From an uncultured archaeon (GTDB lineage: Archaea; Altiarchaeota; Altiarchaeia; IMC4; SCGC-AAA252-I15), in contig CABMCB010000071.1 of the NCBI GenBank assembly GCA_902384455.1, forward strand, positions 64,001 through 128,000: 64,000 bases of DNA, written 5' to 3'. Shown piece by piece: positions 28,461-38,070 of this stretch. The stretch's first letter is position 1; every line of letters starts with the position of its first letter. The notes beneath the pieces are model-generated. The model was not told where the DNA came from. It did not search any database and worked only from the letters and a program-made list of their open reading frames with translations. The translations under genes and the position numbers were made by a program.

Positions 28461-29258
28461 CTACGTGCCAGCCCTACAAGAATTAGCAAAAGAAGAAACA
28501 GAAGCAACAGCCGCCAAACAACCCGCCGCAACAAAAAAACTATTGCCCACCTCCAAACCAAAACTTACCGCCCAAGCCGCAGCCACCAAAGCATCCACCC
28601 CAAAATCCAAAAACCTACCCCTCCTAGACGCAACACCCGCTGCCCGCGCAATCATACCATCCAAAGCGTCAAATCCAAAATACAACAAAAAACAAGCCAA
28701 CATCAAATCAAGCCTAAGATTCCAAAAACCCCAAACACCAGCCAAACCAAAAAAAGCGGCAACCAAAGTAACCCTATTAGGAGTAAAACCCAACCCGTAA
28801 ACCCCCCTCAAAAAACTAGTAACCCCCTCCGGGAGAGGCCGCTTCAAAGAAGAAACCAAACCATACTGAAACCCGCCGGCAAAAACAATGTACGCAGCCA
28901 ACAAAACAGGAACAAGACCCTCATAATCAAAAGCAGAGGCCGCCAACCCCACGGCAGTGAAACGCAAAATAAACTGGCTCAGACGCACGCCCCTATCGCT
29001 CTCAGTATTTGTCGCACGCGCCAAAGCGCCATCCAAATAACTGGCCAACTCAAACAAAACAAAACACAAAATCGCTAAAGACGGGTTAGAACGAGCGTAC
29101 AAAACCAAACCGCACGCAGGCAAAGCGCTCAACCACGTCAAATCCTCCGCAGTCAAGCCCCGGCGACTCAAAATCCGCAGAAAAGGAGCAACCCACCCGT
29201 CAACAACCGCCCTCACACCCAAAACCCAACCCCAAAAAGAAGACACTTCTACCCTCAC
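28461..29258 (-). CDS. CDP-alcohol phosphatidyltransferase family, two tandem domains
   Basis: GLTAEDLT..YLDGALAR..SDRG and GFTPNRVT..FDALDGMIAR..SRRGRFLDFGVD. Confidence 0.8.
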   Translation of the reverse strand: MRVEVSSFWGWVLGVRAVVDGWVAPFLRILSRRGLTAEDLTWLSALPACGLVLYARSNPSLAILCFVLFELASYLDGALARATNTESDRGVRLSQFILRFTAVGLAASAFDYEGLVPVLLAAYIVFAGGFQYGLVSSLKRPLPEGVTSFLRGVYGLGFTPNRVTLVAAFFGLAGVWGFWNLRLDLMLACFLLYFGFDALDGMIARAAGVASRRGRFLDFGVDALVAAAWAVSFGLEVGNSFFVAAGCLAAVASVSSFANSCRAGT

Positions 29259-29314
29259 CGCCGCAATAACGATTTTTTATAGGCCCAACCCCCTTAAATA
29301 ACTTCCACTCACCC

Positions 29315-29388
29315 GCCCGCGTGGGGTAGCTTGGATATCCTAGGAGCTTGCGGAGCTTCGGACCTGGGTTCGAATCCCAGCGCGGGCA
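29315..29388 (+). tRNA. tRNA-Arg(GCG)
   Basis: Acceptor GCCCGCG/CGCGGGC, anticodon arm GGAGC-TTGCGGA-GCTTC, T arm CTGGG-TTCGAAT-CCCAG; CTTAAATA box upstream. Confidence 0.96.
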
Positions 29389-29407
29389 ATGAACACTTTG
29401 TTCGTAG

Positions 29408-30244
29408 TTATTTTTGTGTGATTGATCTGAGTGTTGCGGCGTCGTTGGCTTCTTTTATGCAGTTCATTCTCGTGGTTTGGTTGTTTAGTTGGTCGCAGAA
29501 TCCTGGGCGGGCGAGTCTCATTGCGGTGAGGGCGATGCATTTGTCTGCGTCTTCTGGTGGGAGTTTCTTGCAGAATTCTACGGTGCCTGTTTCCATGCTT
29601 AGTTTGAAGGCGACTTCGCTGGAGCAGGTTTTTTGAAGGTCTTGATTCGTTATTTTTTTGCAGGCGTTGTTGTCGCTGAAGGAGTATGCGACTGCTTGGC
29701 GGCAGTTGTTTGCTTTTTCCTCCGCGTCTATTTTTGCGCAGACGTCTGGGTCTTTGTACTTCAGAGCTGACTTCAGGAGGCACTCCGCCTTTTGGAAGTC
29801 GTCTTTCTCTCTTTCGCAGTAGGCTCCTTTGCCGTAGACTGCGTCATACAACTCTTTAGCTTTCTCTTGGGCGGCTTCTGCGGCTTCTATCCCGTAAATT
29901 AAGCCGACTTTCGCCATGCATGCTTTGTTCTGCGCGGAGTCGTTGAGTTCGTCGCAGACTGAGAAGTCTTTTTTGTTGGCTGCGACTATGGAAACGCAGG
30001 GTTCCCTGTTTTCAGGGTCCTTAAGGAGCGCGCAGGCAGCGGTAGAATTGGTCTGGGAGGCGACCGACTTGAGGCAGCTGTCTATCTTCTCCTGCGGTTG
30101 AGGCTGGTCGGCAAGGTTTTTCTCGCATAAGCTGGGGTCGTTTGCTTTGATTGCGTCGTTGACTGCTTCTTCTACCGGTGACTTGTCGCAGCCGCAAGCT
30201 AATACAACTAAAGTTAGCGTTAAAGCAATTACTGCCGTTCGCAT
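29408..30244 (-). CDS. Secreted/lipoprotein-like Cys-repeat protein
   Basis: Leader ending LACGC; about 8 DxxxC-x(10-16)-C repeats; same repeat type as 20780-21940. Confidence 0.85.
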   Translation of the reverse strand: MRTAVIALTLTLVVLACGCDKSPVEEAVNDAIKANDPSLCEKNLADQPQPQEKIDSCLKSVASQTNSTAACALLKDPENREPCVSIVAANKKDFSVCDELNDSAQNKACMAKVGLIYGIEAAEAAQEKAKELYDAVYGKGAYCEREKDDFQKAECLLKSALKYKDPDVCAKIDAEEKANNCRQAVAYSFSDNNACKKITNQDLQKTCSSEVAFKLSMETGTVEFCKKLPPEDADKCIALTAMRLARPGFCDQLNNQTTRMNCIKEANDAATLRSITQK

Positions 30245-30354
30245 ACGTTAACCCTTACTCCTCAAGGATAAATACGCCATTTCACGCTCTATGTCTGAAT
30301 GTGATTCTCTGTCCTTCCACGGTCTTATTCTAGCTGTTTTTGTTCGGTTTAGTC

Positions 30355-30786
30355 TTAGTTTCTGCGTGGTTTTTTCGTCCTGCGGTAGCAGCTCCACACC
30401 ATTATCTTCTGGACTCTAAGTAGCAGTTCAGGGATGTTTATCGGCTTCGCCATGAAGTCGTCTGCGGTCAGCATGCCCATCTTCTTAGTCATTTCGTAGT
30501 CGTACTTTGCCGTCACGTAGATTACCGGAACATCAGATGCTTCCGTCATTTTCAGCTTCGCCCGGAGGGCGAATCCGTCCATGTCCGGAAGCGCAATGTC
30601 CAACAGAATCAGGTTCGGCTTCTTTTGCATAACGTATTTCAGGCATTCCGAGGCGTTTTTGACGCAGTCAACCGCGTATCCCCTGTCGTAGGACTCCATG
30701 CCACCCTTAACAGAAGAGAGAACCTCTTCGTCGTCGTCCACAATCAGAATCGTCGTCTTAACGGCCATTATTCCCCTCTCATTCAC
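30355..30786 (-). CDS. Single-domain response regulator (receiver)
   Basis: ILIVDDD, LILLDIALPDMDG, VIYVTAK, DFMAKP; true start may be ATG 30768. Confidence 0.92.
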   Translation of the reverse strand: MNERGIMAVKTTILIVDDDEEVLSSVKGGMESYDRGYAVDCVKNASECLKYVMQKKPNLILLDIALPDMDGFALRAKLKMTEASDVPVIYVTAKYDYEMTKKMGMLTADDFMAKPINIPELLLRVQKIMVWSCYRRTKKPRRN

Positions 30787-30794
30787 GTTAGGTG

Positions 30795-32333
30795 TTATCC
30801 CCTCCTTGCTAGTCCCCCCCTTGTCTGGGTTTTAGGAGGCTCAGTGAAGTCCGTAAGTAGTTGTTCCCTGTTGCCATATACGCCGAGTATGGCATCTTTC
30901 ATGAACGCAGTGAATTGTTCGACTTCCATTTGGTACTGAGGATTTGCTTCGTCTACCGTGGTTATCTCGGATTCTTTCAATGCTGCTGCCTGGATTCTGG
31001 GGTCGTCGGTTACGCCGGGTATAGGCTCCCTGTGAAGGCTCCTTGAAACAATCAATTCGACGGTCGAATCCTCAGTGGACGTGCGCTGCGAACCGTATGC
31101 CAGTAGGCCGTTTCTGGCTCCTGCTGCTCCCACGAGGTTGTTGAACAGCACTTGGTCTCTTATGTCTTTGCTTTGCCAGATTGCAGCGTGGGGTTGCTCT
31201 GAGTCGCCTTCGTGAAAGTTGAATACGAGGCTGCCTTTTTCATGGGCGAGCGCGCTTGTGAAGTCTCTTGCCGGGGCTGCAGGATTATGTTGTTCCCATT
31301 CAGTGAACGAATGTCTGAGTCTTTTTGCGGTTTCGAAGGCTTCAGCTGCCATGCCTGAGTCAGCCCCTTCTGCGGTCATCTGATTCAGGACTACGTCCCG
31401 GACTCCGTCGCCGTAAGAAATCATTCCTCCGCCTGCTACGCGGGCTTTTCTGGCGGCGTCAAGCACTAAGGGGGCAAGGTGGTCGGGCACGTCAATGCCT
31501 ACTCCTTCAGAATCCCTCCAAACCCTAAGGCGGCTTACGTAGTCGCTGGCTCCATACTCCATATGCTCCCTAAAATCAACCACCTCCAAAATTTCAGGGT
31601 CGGCCGCAAGCCTCCTCATGACTTCTATGGGGGTGGGCTCAGAACTGCGGTGTTCCCCCCATAATATCACGGGTTTCATTTCCAGCGCCTGCGCGGCCGT
31701 GTGCGCATTATCGAGGGTGCCTGTTGCGTCGTCTGCTTTGTGGGCGGCAAGGACTTCATTAAAGGGTCTGCCGTATCTTTGGCAGGCTTCTAGTGTGAAC
31801 GATAGGTCGTCTATCATGTTTTTTCTGGGTGTTGCGCCGTCTTCTTCGAAGAAGAGTTTTCTTAAGGCGGCGGTTCTCTCGGGTTCTATTGTGTCGGGGT
31901 AATGTAGGTTGGCTACTGCGTAAAGCACGTCGTGCGCTTGCTGCCGTCCGGCTCCCAGCGCAGTTGCAAGCATTTTTTCGGTGGCAACCGCTGGGGTGTC
32001 AGACCTCACTTCAGCCGGCAGCAATTCTAGTTCAGTTAAGCTGTGTTCCCTGTGGATTTCGACGAACCTGTCCGACTGAGTGAGGAATCCTGACCTCCTC
32101 AAATCGTCGCTTAAGCGCGCAGGCTGAGTTCGCGCCATCTTCAAAAAGTCTTCGCCTGCCTGCATCTTATCGCGGTCGTGACCTTCAAGCAGACCGCTTT
32201 TTTGTAGAACCCTGATTCTGCTGTTGGACGAGAAGACGTTGGTAACCAAGGAATCAACTTCCTCCGCGGTTAAATGGCTGAGATACTCCGCCCGCGCCTC
32301 AGGCGCCTTGCCTCCCCGCTCAACTACAGCCAT
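30795..32333 (-). CDS. Hypothetical (orphan) protein
   Basis: 512-aa ORF; GGAGG SD-like element and CTTAAAC box upstream; no motif recognised. Confidence 0.78.
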   Translation of the reverse strand: MAVVERGGKAPEARAEYLSHLTAEEVDSLVTNVFSSNSRIRVLQKSGLLEGHDRDKMQAGEDFLKMARTQPARLSDDLRRSGFLTQSDRFVEIHREHSLTELELLPAEVRSDTPAVATEKMLATALGAGRQQAHDVLYAVANLHYPDTIEPERTAALRKLFFEEDGATPRKNMIDDLSFTLEACQRYGRPFNEVLAAHKADDATGTLDNAHTAAQALEMKPVILWGEHRSSEPTPIEVMRRLAADPEILEVVDFREHMEYGASDYVSRLRVWRDSEGVGIDVPDHLAPLVLDAARKARVAGGGMISYGDGVRDVVLNQMTAEGADSGMAAEAFETAKRLRHSFTEWEQHNPAAPARDFTSALAHEKGSLVFNFHEGDSEQPHAAIWQSKDIRDQVLFNNLVGAAGARNGLLAYGSQRTSTEDSTVELIVSRSLHREPIPGVTDDPRIQAAALKESEITTVDEANPQYQMEVEQFTAFMKDAILGVYGNREQLLTDFTEPPKTQTRGGLARRG

Positions 32334-32460
32334 AAAATCATCCTCCGTAGAATATCCCGTAAAATAAGTTTAAGACCTCTCCACGCAAAGCTCAAAGAGG
32401 TTTATCGTGGAGGATTTTTTTTTGTCGGGTTATAACGCCCGTTGAGCCTCCCGTATTTTA

Positions 32461-32691
32461 TTAGTCTCCTGGTCCGCCTCTGCCGCCGGGTCCGCCTCCG
32501 CCGAAGGGTATCAGTATGTTGCCTGCTCCTCTCCCCCCGCCGGTGTTGCCGCTGCCTGAGGATATTGCGTTCCCGGTATTTGTTGCGTCGTTGAGGCCTA
32601 AGTATGTAATTAGTAGGTAGCTTGCTGCAAGTAAGGCGAGTATTATTGCGGCGACTTCCAGATAATCCAGTTCAGTACCTAATATTTTCAT
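32461..32691 (-). CDS. Small membrane protein with Gly-rich tail
   Basis: One TM helix, then G/P-rich tail; last gene of the ABC operon. Confidence 0.65.
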   Translation of the reverse strand: MKILGTELDYLEVAAIILALLAASYLLITYLGLNDATNTGNAISSGSGNTGGGRGAGNILIPFGGGGPGGRGGPGD

Positions 32692-32721
32692 GTTATTTTT
32701 CCCTACTGTTTCTTAGTTGGG

Positions 32722-33186
32722 TCAGTTAGGTTGTCCTGCGTTAGGTGGCTGGTCTTGCGGATTCATGTTTCCGTCTGGCCGAGGGGGTCGTCCTGTGAAG
32801 TTGCCGGGCCGTTGTCCTGTCCTGTTTATTGTGCAGGTTAGTTCTCCGGTTTGTTCTGTCTGGCATGTGCCGTTTCTGGTTCTGTTCCCGAACGTGACGT
32901 CGCATGTGTCGCCTGGGTTTTTGCCGGCGCAGAGTTTAATCAGTTCCTGAGTCATGTTTGCTCCGATTGGGCCACCTGGGAATTGGTCGCGCGTGTAGTT
33001 CGATGAGTTTCCGCGGTGCATTGGGTAGGGCGGTTGTGGTCCTGCGTTAGGCTGCTGCGGGGGTTGCTGGTTGTCCTGCTGTATTTGCTGGTTATTCTGC
33101 TGTTGCTGGTTATCCTGCATGTCGGTTTGCCCCAAGCATCCTGAAACAATAAGGCATAATCCGATTAACATTAAAATCCTTTTCAT
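32722..33186 (-). CDS. Gln/Pro-rich lipoprotein-like protein
   Basis: Leader IVSGC; Q-rich linker; CAGKNPGDTC...GTC...LTC small Cys domain. Confidence 0.75.
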   Translation of the reverse strand: MKRILMLIGLCLIVSGCLGQTDMQDNQQQQNNQQIQQDNQQPPQQPNAGPQPPYPMHRGNSSNYTRDQFPGGPIGANMTQELIKLCAGKNPGDTCDVTFGNRTRNGTCQTEQTGELTCTINRTGQRPGNFTGRPPRPDGNMNPQDQPPNAGQPN

Positions 33187-33899
33187 TTTCTTGTTTCCTC
33201 CTTTGTTTTTTCGGCCGCTGCTTTGTGTATCAGGCCGTCTTGTATCTGTATTATGTGGTTTGATGTTTTGGCTATGCCTGGGTCGTGGGTTACAACTACA
33301 AGCGTCTTATTCTCCTCTTTGTGGAGTCTGACGAGGAGTTCCATAATCTTTTTTCCTGTTTGGGTGTCGAGGTTTCCGGTGGGTTCGTCTGCCATGATAA
33401 TCTTAGGGTTGTTGGCAAGCGACCGCGCCACAGCGACACGCTGCTGCTGTCCCCCGGACATTTCAGTTGGTTTGTTGTTCGTCTTATCCTCAAGACCCAC
33501 AAGAGAAAGGAGTTCATCAGCCCTTTTTTTCCTTTCTGCGGCTGGAGTGCCCTCAAAGCGCATGGGTAACTCAACGTTTTCGAAGGCCGTCATGTTGGGT
33601 ATGAGGTTGAACTGCTGGAAGACGAAGCCCAGTTTTTCCCTCCTAAGTTTAGCCTTCTGGTTGCCATTTAATCCGCTTATTCCGACGCCTTCGATGTAGA
33701 CTTCGCCTGACGTGGGAGAATCAAGACAACTTATGAGGTTTAGGAGGGTGGATTTGCCGGAACCCGACGGACCCATAATGCTTACGAAACTGCCGTCCGC
33801 TATGGTGAGGTTTATCCCCTTCAAAGCCACGAACTCGTTCTGCTGGCCTACATTGTATGTCTTCACCAAATCCTTGCAGGTTATTTCTCCGTCATTCAT
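33183..33899 (-). CDS. ABC ATP-binding protein, LolD/MacB-type
   Basis: GPSGSGKST, GFVFQQFNL, MSGGQQQRVA, ADEPTGNLD, VTHD. Confidence 0.95.
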   Translation of the reverse strand: MNDGEITCKDLVKTYNVGQQNEFVALKGINLTIADGSFVSIMGPSGSGKSTLLNLISCLDSPTSGEVYIEGVGISGLNGNQKAKLRREKLGFVFQQFNLIPNMTAFENVELPMRFEGTPAAERKKRADELLSLVGLEDKTNNKPTEMSGGQQQRVAVARSLANNPKIIMADEPTGNLDTQTGKKIMELLVRLHKEENKTLVVVTHDPGIAKTSNHIIQIQDGLIHKAAAEKTKEETRK

Positions 33900-35076
33900 A
33901 GCGCAACACCCGTATAGGATCGAGCTGTGAGGCGCTCCACGCGGGATATAAGCCTGCTCCCATGCCCAGGAATATGGAGAAACCTAAGCCGATTGCCATA
34001 AGTTGCGGCGTCATTATGGGCGTGAAGGAGGTGTACTGCGGGACTATTCCTACGGCTAAGTAACCCAGCGACAGGCCTACTGCGCCGCCCATAAGGCTCA
34101 TTATGGCGCTTTCCTGGAGGACCTGTTTGAGTATCATGCCTGTTGTCGCGCCTATGGCCTTCATTACGCCTATTTCCCGTCTGCGTTCCATCACCGACAT
34201 TATCATGGTGTTCATGACTCCGAGTCCGCCGACGATTACCGATACTGCCCCGATTCCATATACTGCGAGTTGGACGGTTTGGAGAGAGGACTCTATCTGG
34301 CGCACCATTGTTATCATTGAGCTGGCTCTTACGCCGTCGACTTGGTCGTTTATCTCCTGAGTAGTGTTTTCCACAGTGGATACGTCGTTTAGTTTCACCT
34401 TCAAAGACTCTATCCTATCGTCGTTTTCTATCTCCTGCATCGTCTTCAAAGGCACGTAAGCTGCTCCGTCTATGCTGGAATCTCCAGTCTGCTCTAGTAT
34501 CCCGATGACTGAGAAATAATAGCTTTCTACGGTCGAAGTCCCGTTTACCCTTTGCTGGTACTCAATCTCGTCTCCCACATTCAGGTTCTGATCCTGGGCG
34601 GCCGTATAACCCAAGAGGACTACCGTCTGGCCGTCGTCTGTAGACTCCAGTTTTCGGCCTTCGGTGGCTTCTATGGTGTCGCCTATCATGTAGTCTTGGT
34701 CGTCTGGGTTGATGGCGGTGAAAGTCACTGAATTCGAGCCGCCACTCCTCCCGAAATTAAGGGGGCCTCCGAAGTCTCCTCCTCTGCTGAAGCTTCTTGT
34801 GATGCGGTATGTGCCTATGGGTATGACGCTTGAGACTTCGGGCATACTCGCTATCTGGTCTATGCTGTCCTGCGTTATTCCTGTTTGAGTGTCAGAGGAG
34901 TCCCTGACGTCGATGACCGCCGCGACATCTCCGAATCGCGCGTTCATCTGCTCGTTAAGCCCTTCGCCGATGGAGCCAAGCGCAAGAATAAGGCCTATGC
35001 CCATGGCTATTCCGGCTATTGTTAAGGCGCTTCTAATCTTCTGTCTGAAGACGTTTTTTACCGCTATGTCCAGCAT
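33892..35076 (-). CDS. ABC permease, MacB/FtsX-type
   Basis: RSALT..GIAMGI, NTMIMSVMERRREIGVMKAIGA, GLYPA..ASQLDPI..LRYE. Confidence 0.93.
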   Translation of the reverse strand: MLDIAVKNVFRQKIRSALTIAGIAMGIGLILALGSIGEGLNEQMNARFGDVAAVIDVRDSSDTQTGITQDSIDQIASMPEVSSVIPIGTYRITRSFSRGGDFGGPLNFGRSGGSNSVTFTAINPDDQDYMIGDTIEATEGRKLESTDDGQTVVLLGYTAAQDQNLNVGDEIEYQQRVNGTSTVESYYFSVIGILEQTGDSSIDGAAYVPLKTMQEIENDDRIESLKVKLNDVSTVENTTQEINDQVDGVRASSMITMVRQIESSLQTVQLAVYGIGAVSVIVGGLGVMNTMIMSVMERRREIGVMKAIGATTGMILKQVLQESAIMSLMGGAVGLSLGYLAVGIVPQYTSFTPIMTPQLMAIGLGFSIFLGMGAGLYPAWSASQLDPIRVLRYE

Positions 35077-35077
35077 T

Positions 35078-36772
35078 TTAGTGTTTCTTCTTGGCTTTCA
35101 GCTTCCTATACCCCAGGTAAGCTAGGGCGAGGACTATCGCTATGGCTGCGTATGTGGTCATGCTGGTTCCGCCGCCGTTTAAGTTACCTCGCAAACCTGA
35201 GAACGTGCTTCCTCCGCTTGAACCCAAAGTTATCCTCTCGGTTTGAGTGACCCTCTGGTTGTTGAGGCCTGTGTACTCCAACTCTAATGTTGCGGGGCCT
35301 GTGGCGGTAGTAGAGAACGTGAACGTCGTCTGTTTGCTCGGCTTTATGTCGGATTTGTATGATATGATGCGTTGGTCCGTCTGCAGCTGGCTGCCGGTAA
35401 TATTCCTTCTGAAACCTGCATTTTGGTTGTCGCTGCCGTTTTGGACTTGGGCGCCTTGGTCTGGACTTCCGGTTTGGTTTCGCTGGAATCTGCCGCCTTG
35501 GAAGCCGCTTGTGTCGTTTGAGACGCCGGATACTATAAGCGTCGCCTTGATTCCGTCCGCTTCTCTTGTGCCTATGTTGGCGACGTCAATGCTTATGCTT
35601 CCGCTTGAGGACCTCACAGCCATTACTTCCAGCACTATTCTGCCTGCTACGTCGAGCCCTATGTCTTTGGTGACGTTGTATGTTGTGCCTCCTACTTTGT
35701 ATGTGATAATCAACGGTATTGTGTAACTTGTCGTGGAGGCGCTCCATCCTACAGCCACCTTAAAGTTGGCGTCAACTGTTCCTTGGGATGGGACATTTTG
35801 GAAGTAACTTTCTGTTGTGGTGACAGGCGAGAATGGGTCGGTGAGGTCTAGGTTCAACGTCACGTCGTCTGCGTTGGCGCTGCCGACGTTTTTAAGGCTT
35901 ATCTTCATCTCCGTTTCCTCTCCTGGACCGGTCGGGGTGGTGCTTATGCTAACTACCTTAAAGTCTACTCCCGCGTCCTCAATGTTTAGGCCTATTGAGG
36001 CGTTGTCTGAGGCTTTGCTTCCTGAGGCGTCTGTGTAGGAGAGGCGTATTGATGTGGTGCATGCGCCTGATGTTGAGGGTTTTATGGGGTATGTTAAAGT
36101 GAATTTCTGGTTTGATGCTACGTCTCCGACGTATTTGCTTGATGAGCCCATTATTGTGGCGCAGCTTGAGGATAGTGTTACTGTCAGGTCTTTTACGGCG
36201 TCTTTTGTTGTGCCTTCAAGGACTAGGTTGTCGAGGGTGTCTCGGTAGTAAGTTGTTTTTGTGGGGTTTATCTGGAATAGGGGGTTGCCCAGTATGTTGA
36301 GCGGTATCTCCCATGTTGTGAACGCGTTGTTGTCTTTAGAGCCGTCTGACTTGTAGCCGTTGTATGTTATCAGCACCTGTATGGCGGTTAGCCCTGTTTT
36401 TGCGGTTGGGTTGATTGTGAATATCACTGGCATGGCTTTTGAGTCTCCTGGGTCCATGCCTCCTATGTAGTATGTTTTGTCTGTGGTGACTGTTGCTGTG
36501 CTGGAAAGCAGCACTTGGACGTTATCTGCGCTCTGTCCGCCGGTGTTTTTTATGACTAAATTAAGGATTCCGCCGTCTCCAGGCCGCAGGTTGGAGTCTA
36601 CTGAGGTGGTTGTGAAGTCTACGACCATGTTTGTCGCTGCGGTGTTTGTGGATGAGGCTGTGCTTGTTGAGCCTACTGTGGCGGCGTTGGCCGTTATGCT
36701 GAGTAATCCTATTATGGTTAATGCTATTAGCAGTGTTTTTCCGTAGTATCTGTGATTTTGCTTTTCTATCAT
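35078..36772 (-). CDS. COG1361 S-layer-domain family protein
   Basis: Signal peptide, repeated Ig-like PG..L.IKN.G..A.NV modules, C-terminal TM plus basic tail; typical partner of MacB-type ABC systems. Confidence 0.8.
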   Translation of the reverse strand: MIEKQNHRYYGKTLLIALTIIGLLSITANAATVGSTSTASSTNTAATNMVVDFTTTSVDSNLRPGDGGILNLVIKNTGGQSADNVQVLLSSTATVTTDKTYYIGGMDPGDSKAMPVIFTINPTAKTGLTAIQVLITYNGYKSDGSKDNNAFTTWEIPLNILGNPLFQINPTKTTYYRDTLDNLVLEGTTKDAVKDLTVTLSSSCATIMGSSSKYVGDVASNQKFTLTYPIKPSTSGACTTSIRLSYTDASGSKASDNASIGLNIEDAGVDFKVVSISTTPTGPGEETEMKISLKNVGSANADDVTLNLDLTDPFSPVTTTESYFQNVPSQGTVDANFKVAVGWSASTTSYTIPLIITYKVGGTTYNVTKDIGLDVAGRIVLEVMAVRSSSGSISIDVANIGTREADGIKATLIVSGVSNDTSGFQGGRFQRNQTGSPDQGAQVQNGSDNQNAGFRRNITGSQLQTDQRIISYKSDIKPSKQTTFTFSTTATGPATLELEYTGLNNQRVTQTERITLGSSGGSTFSGLRGNLNGGGTSMTTYAAIAIVLALAYLGYRKLKAKKKH

Positions 36773-36844
36773 TTGTTATCAACTCCATTATTTTTTATAG
36801 GTGCTTTTCCTATCATTAGCAGAAACAGTATAAAAGCTGATCGT

Positions 36845-36878
36845 GTAACAAACTGAAACAAGTAACAAACTGAAACAA
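36845..36878. promoter_or_regulatory. Perfect 17-bp tandem repeat, putative operator
   Basis: GTAACAAACTGAAACAA x2 (36845-36861, 36862-36878) in the divergent promoter region. Confidence 0.6.
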
Positions 36879-36883
36879 ACTCT

Positions 36884-37507
36884 ATGGAAAGCAATCTCAA
36901 ATATACGGTTGTGATGGTTTTGGCCTTTATGCTTAGCGGATTCATGCTTAGCACATATGTTTTTTCGGCTTACTCAATGCTTTGGGATAGTCGTGAACCC
37001 CCTCACGACCTGCCGTTTAGCAATCCTAACAATACGGTGAATCTCTCTAACGCGGCAGAAAATCTTACTTTTCCAAACCACGAGACTTCGCAAGTTAGGC
37101 CCACTAGAGAATTGCCCGAGATACCGCCGTTCATACCGCGAAGGACTATGATGAGGGGGAGTACTAGCCTAATTGAACTTTTGTTGTCGCCATTCATGAT
37201 GTTCCTTCTCATAGGCGGGTTGATTTCGCTGTCAAGCGCCATAGCCATACGAACGCTCACGCATAAGAAAGCCATAAAGAAGCTGAAGGACGACTTAACT
37301 GAGCTGTACCTCACCGACGAAGAGAAAAAGGTGGTGACTGTACTGCAATCAGCATCATCCGAGATGACTCAAAAAGAGTTGACGGACCGGATGGGATATT
37401 CGCGCGTCAAAACCCACAGAGTGCTTCAGAGGCTAGAGTCAAAAAAAATTATCCGGAAAATACCCAACGGCCAAACGCATAAGATACTTCTTGAGGACAA
37501 GGTATAG
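36884..37507 (+). CDS. Membrane-anchored winged-helix regulator (COG2512-like)
   Basis: Two TM helices, then LTDEEKKVV..MTQKEL..YSRVKTHRVLQRLESK.II.K..GQT. Confidence 0.8.
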   Translation: MESNLKYTVVMVLAFMLSGFMLSTYVFSAYSMLWDSREPPHDLPFSNPNNTVNLSNAAENLTFPNHETSQVRPTRELPEIPPFIPRRTMMRGSTSLIELLLSPFMMFLLIGGLISLSSAIAIRTLTHKKAIKKLKDDLTELYLTDEEKKVVTVLQSASSEMTQKELTDRMGYSRVKTHRVLQRLESKKIIRKIPNGQTHKILLEDKV

Positions 37508-37750
37508 TTCTGCTTGCGTCGGTTCTGTCTGGTTTAGATTGCTCTGCGCGTAACTATTTTGGCATTTTTACGCCTTCCGTGTATTACTTTTGGTTGAGTA
37601 GGTCTTGTTTTCTTTTGTCTTTGATGTTTGAACCAACTGGTTTTTAAGCGGGTTCGAGCGGTGAACCAAAAGGGGTTTTAAATGAGGCGAAAATATTCAA
37701 GTGCTAGAAGGATGTGCGCCTTTTGGCAATCGATAAAGGAGGTGTATGTC

Positions 37751-37927
37751 ATGCACGGAAGAATGGAGATGAACCGGAGAATCAATAGGATAATGGAGGA
37801 AATCCGGAAGGAAACTGAGAGACCAGTCGTCAACCAGGTCCGAATAAAGGAGCTTTTATGGCGGATTCAAGTCCTTCGTAGGGATGCTCGTATGACGCAG
37901 TGGAAGACGAGTGGGGTGGGCGGATAA
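37751..37927 (+). CDS. Small basic hypothetical protein (58 aa)
   Basis: Strong SD AAGGAGGTG 6 nt before ATG 37751; TTTTAAAT box at 37677-37684. Confidence 0.6.
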   Translation: MHGRMEMNRRINRIMEEIRKETERPVVNQVRIKELLWRIQVLRRDARMTQWKTSGVGG

Positions 37928-37936
37928 ATGGTGATG

Positions 37937-38026
37937 TAGGGGCGCGGTTTTACGTCCCGTAGAGAGGGGTGCTTCGGACCGGTAAAAGTCCGACAATTCT
38001 CTGCGGGAGCCGCGTTCCCGGCCCTA
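37937..38026 (+). other. Long irregular RNA hairpin (ncRNA, 3' UTR element or terminator)
   Basis: Nested stems TAGGG/CCCTA, GCGCGGT/GCCGCGT, TCCCGTAGAGA/TCTCTGCGGGA, TCGGAC/GTCCGA, followed by CCTTTT. Confidence 0.55.
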
Positions 38027-38070
38027 GCCTTTTATGCCGCAATGTTTTAGACGTTTAATGTGATACTCCC

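Noticed and set aside
20405-29388. Integrated provirus or island at the tRNA genes
   Set aside because: No integrase and no distal att copy seen in the window; the only tRNA 3' duplication is 60 bp away.
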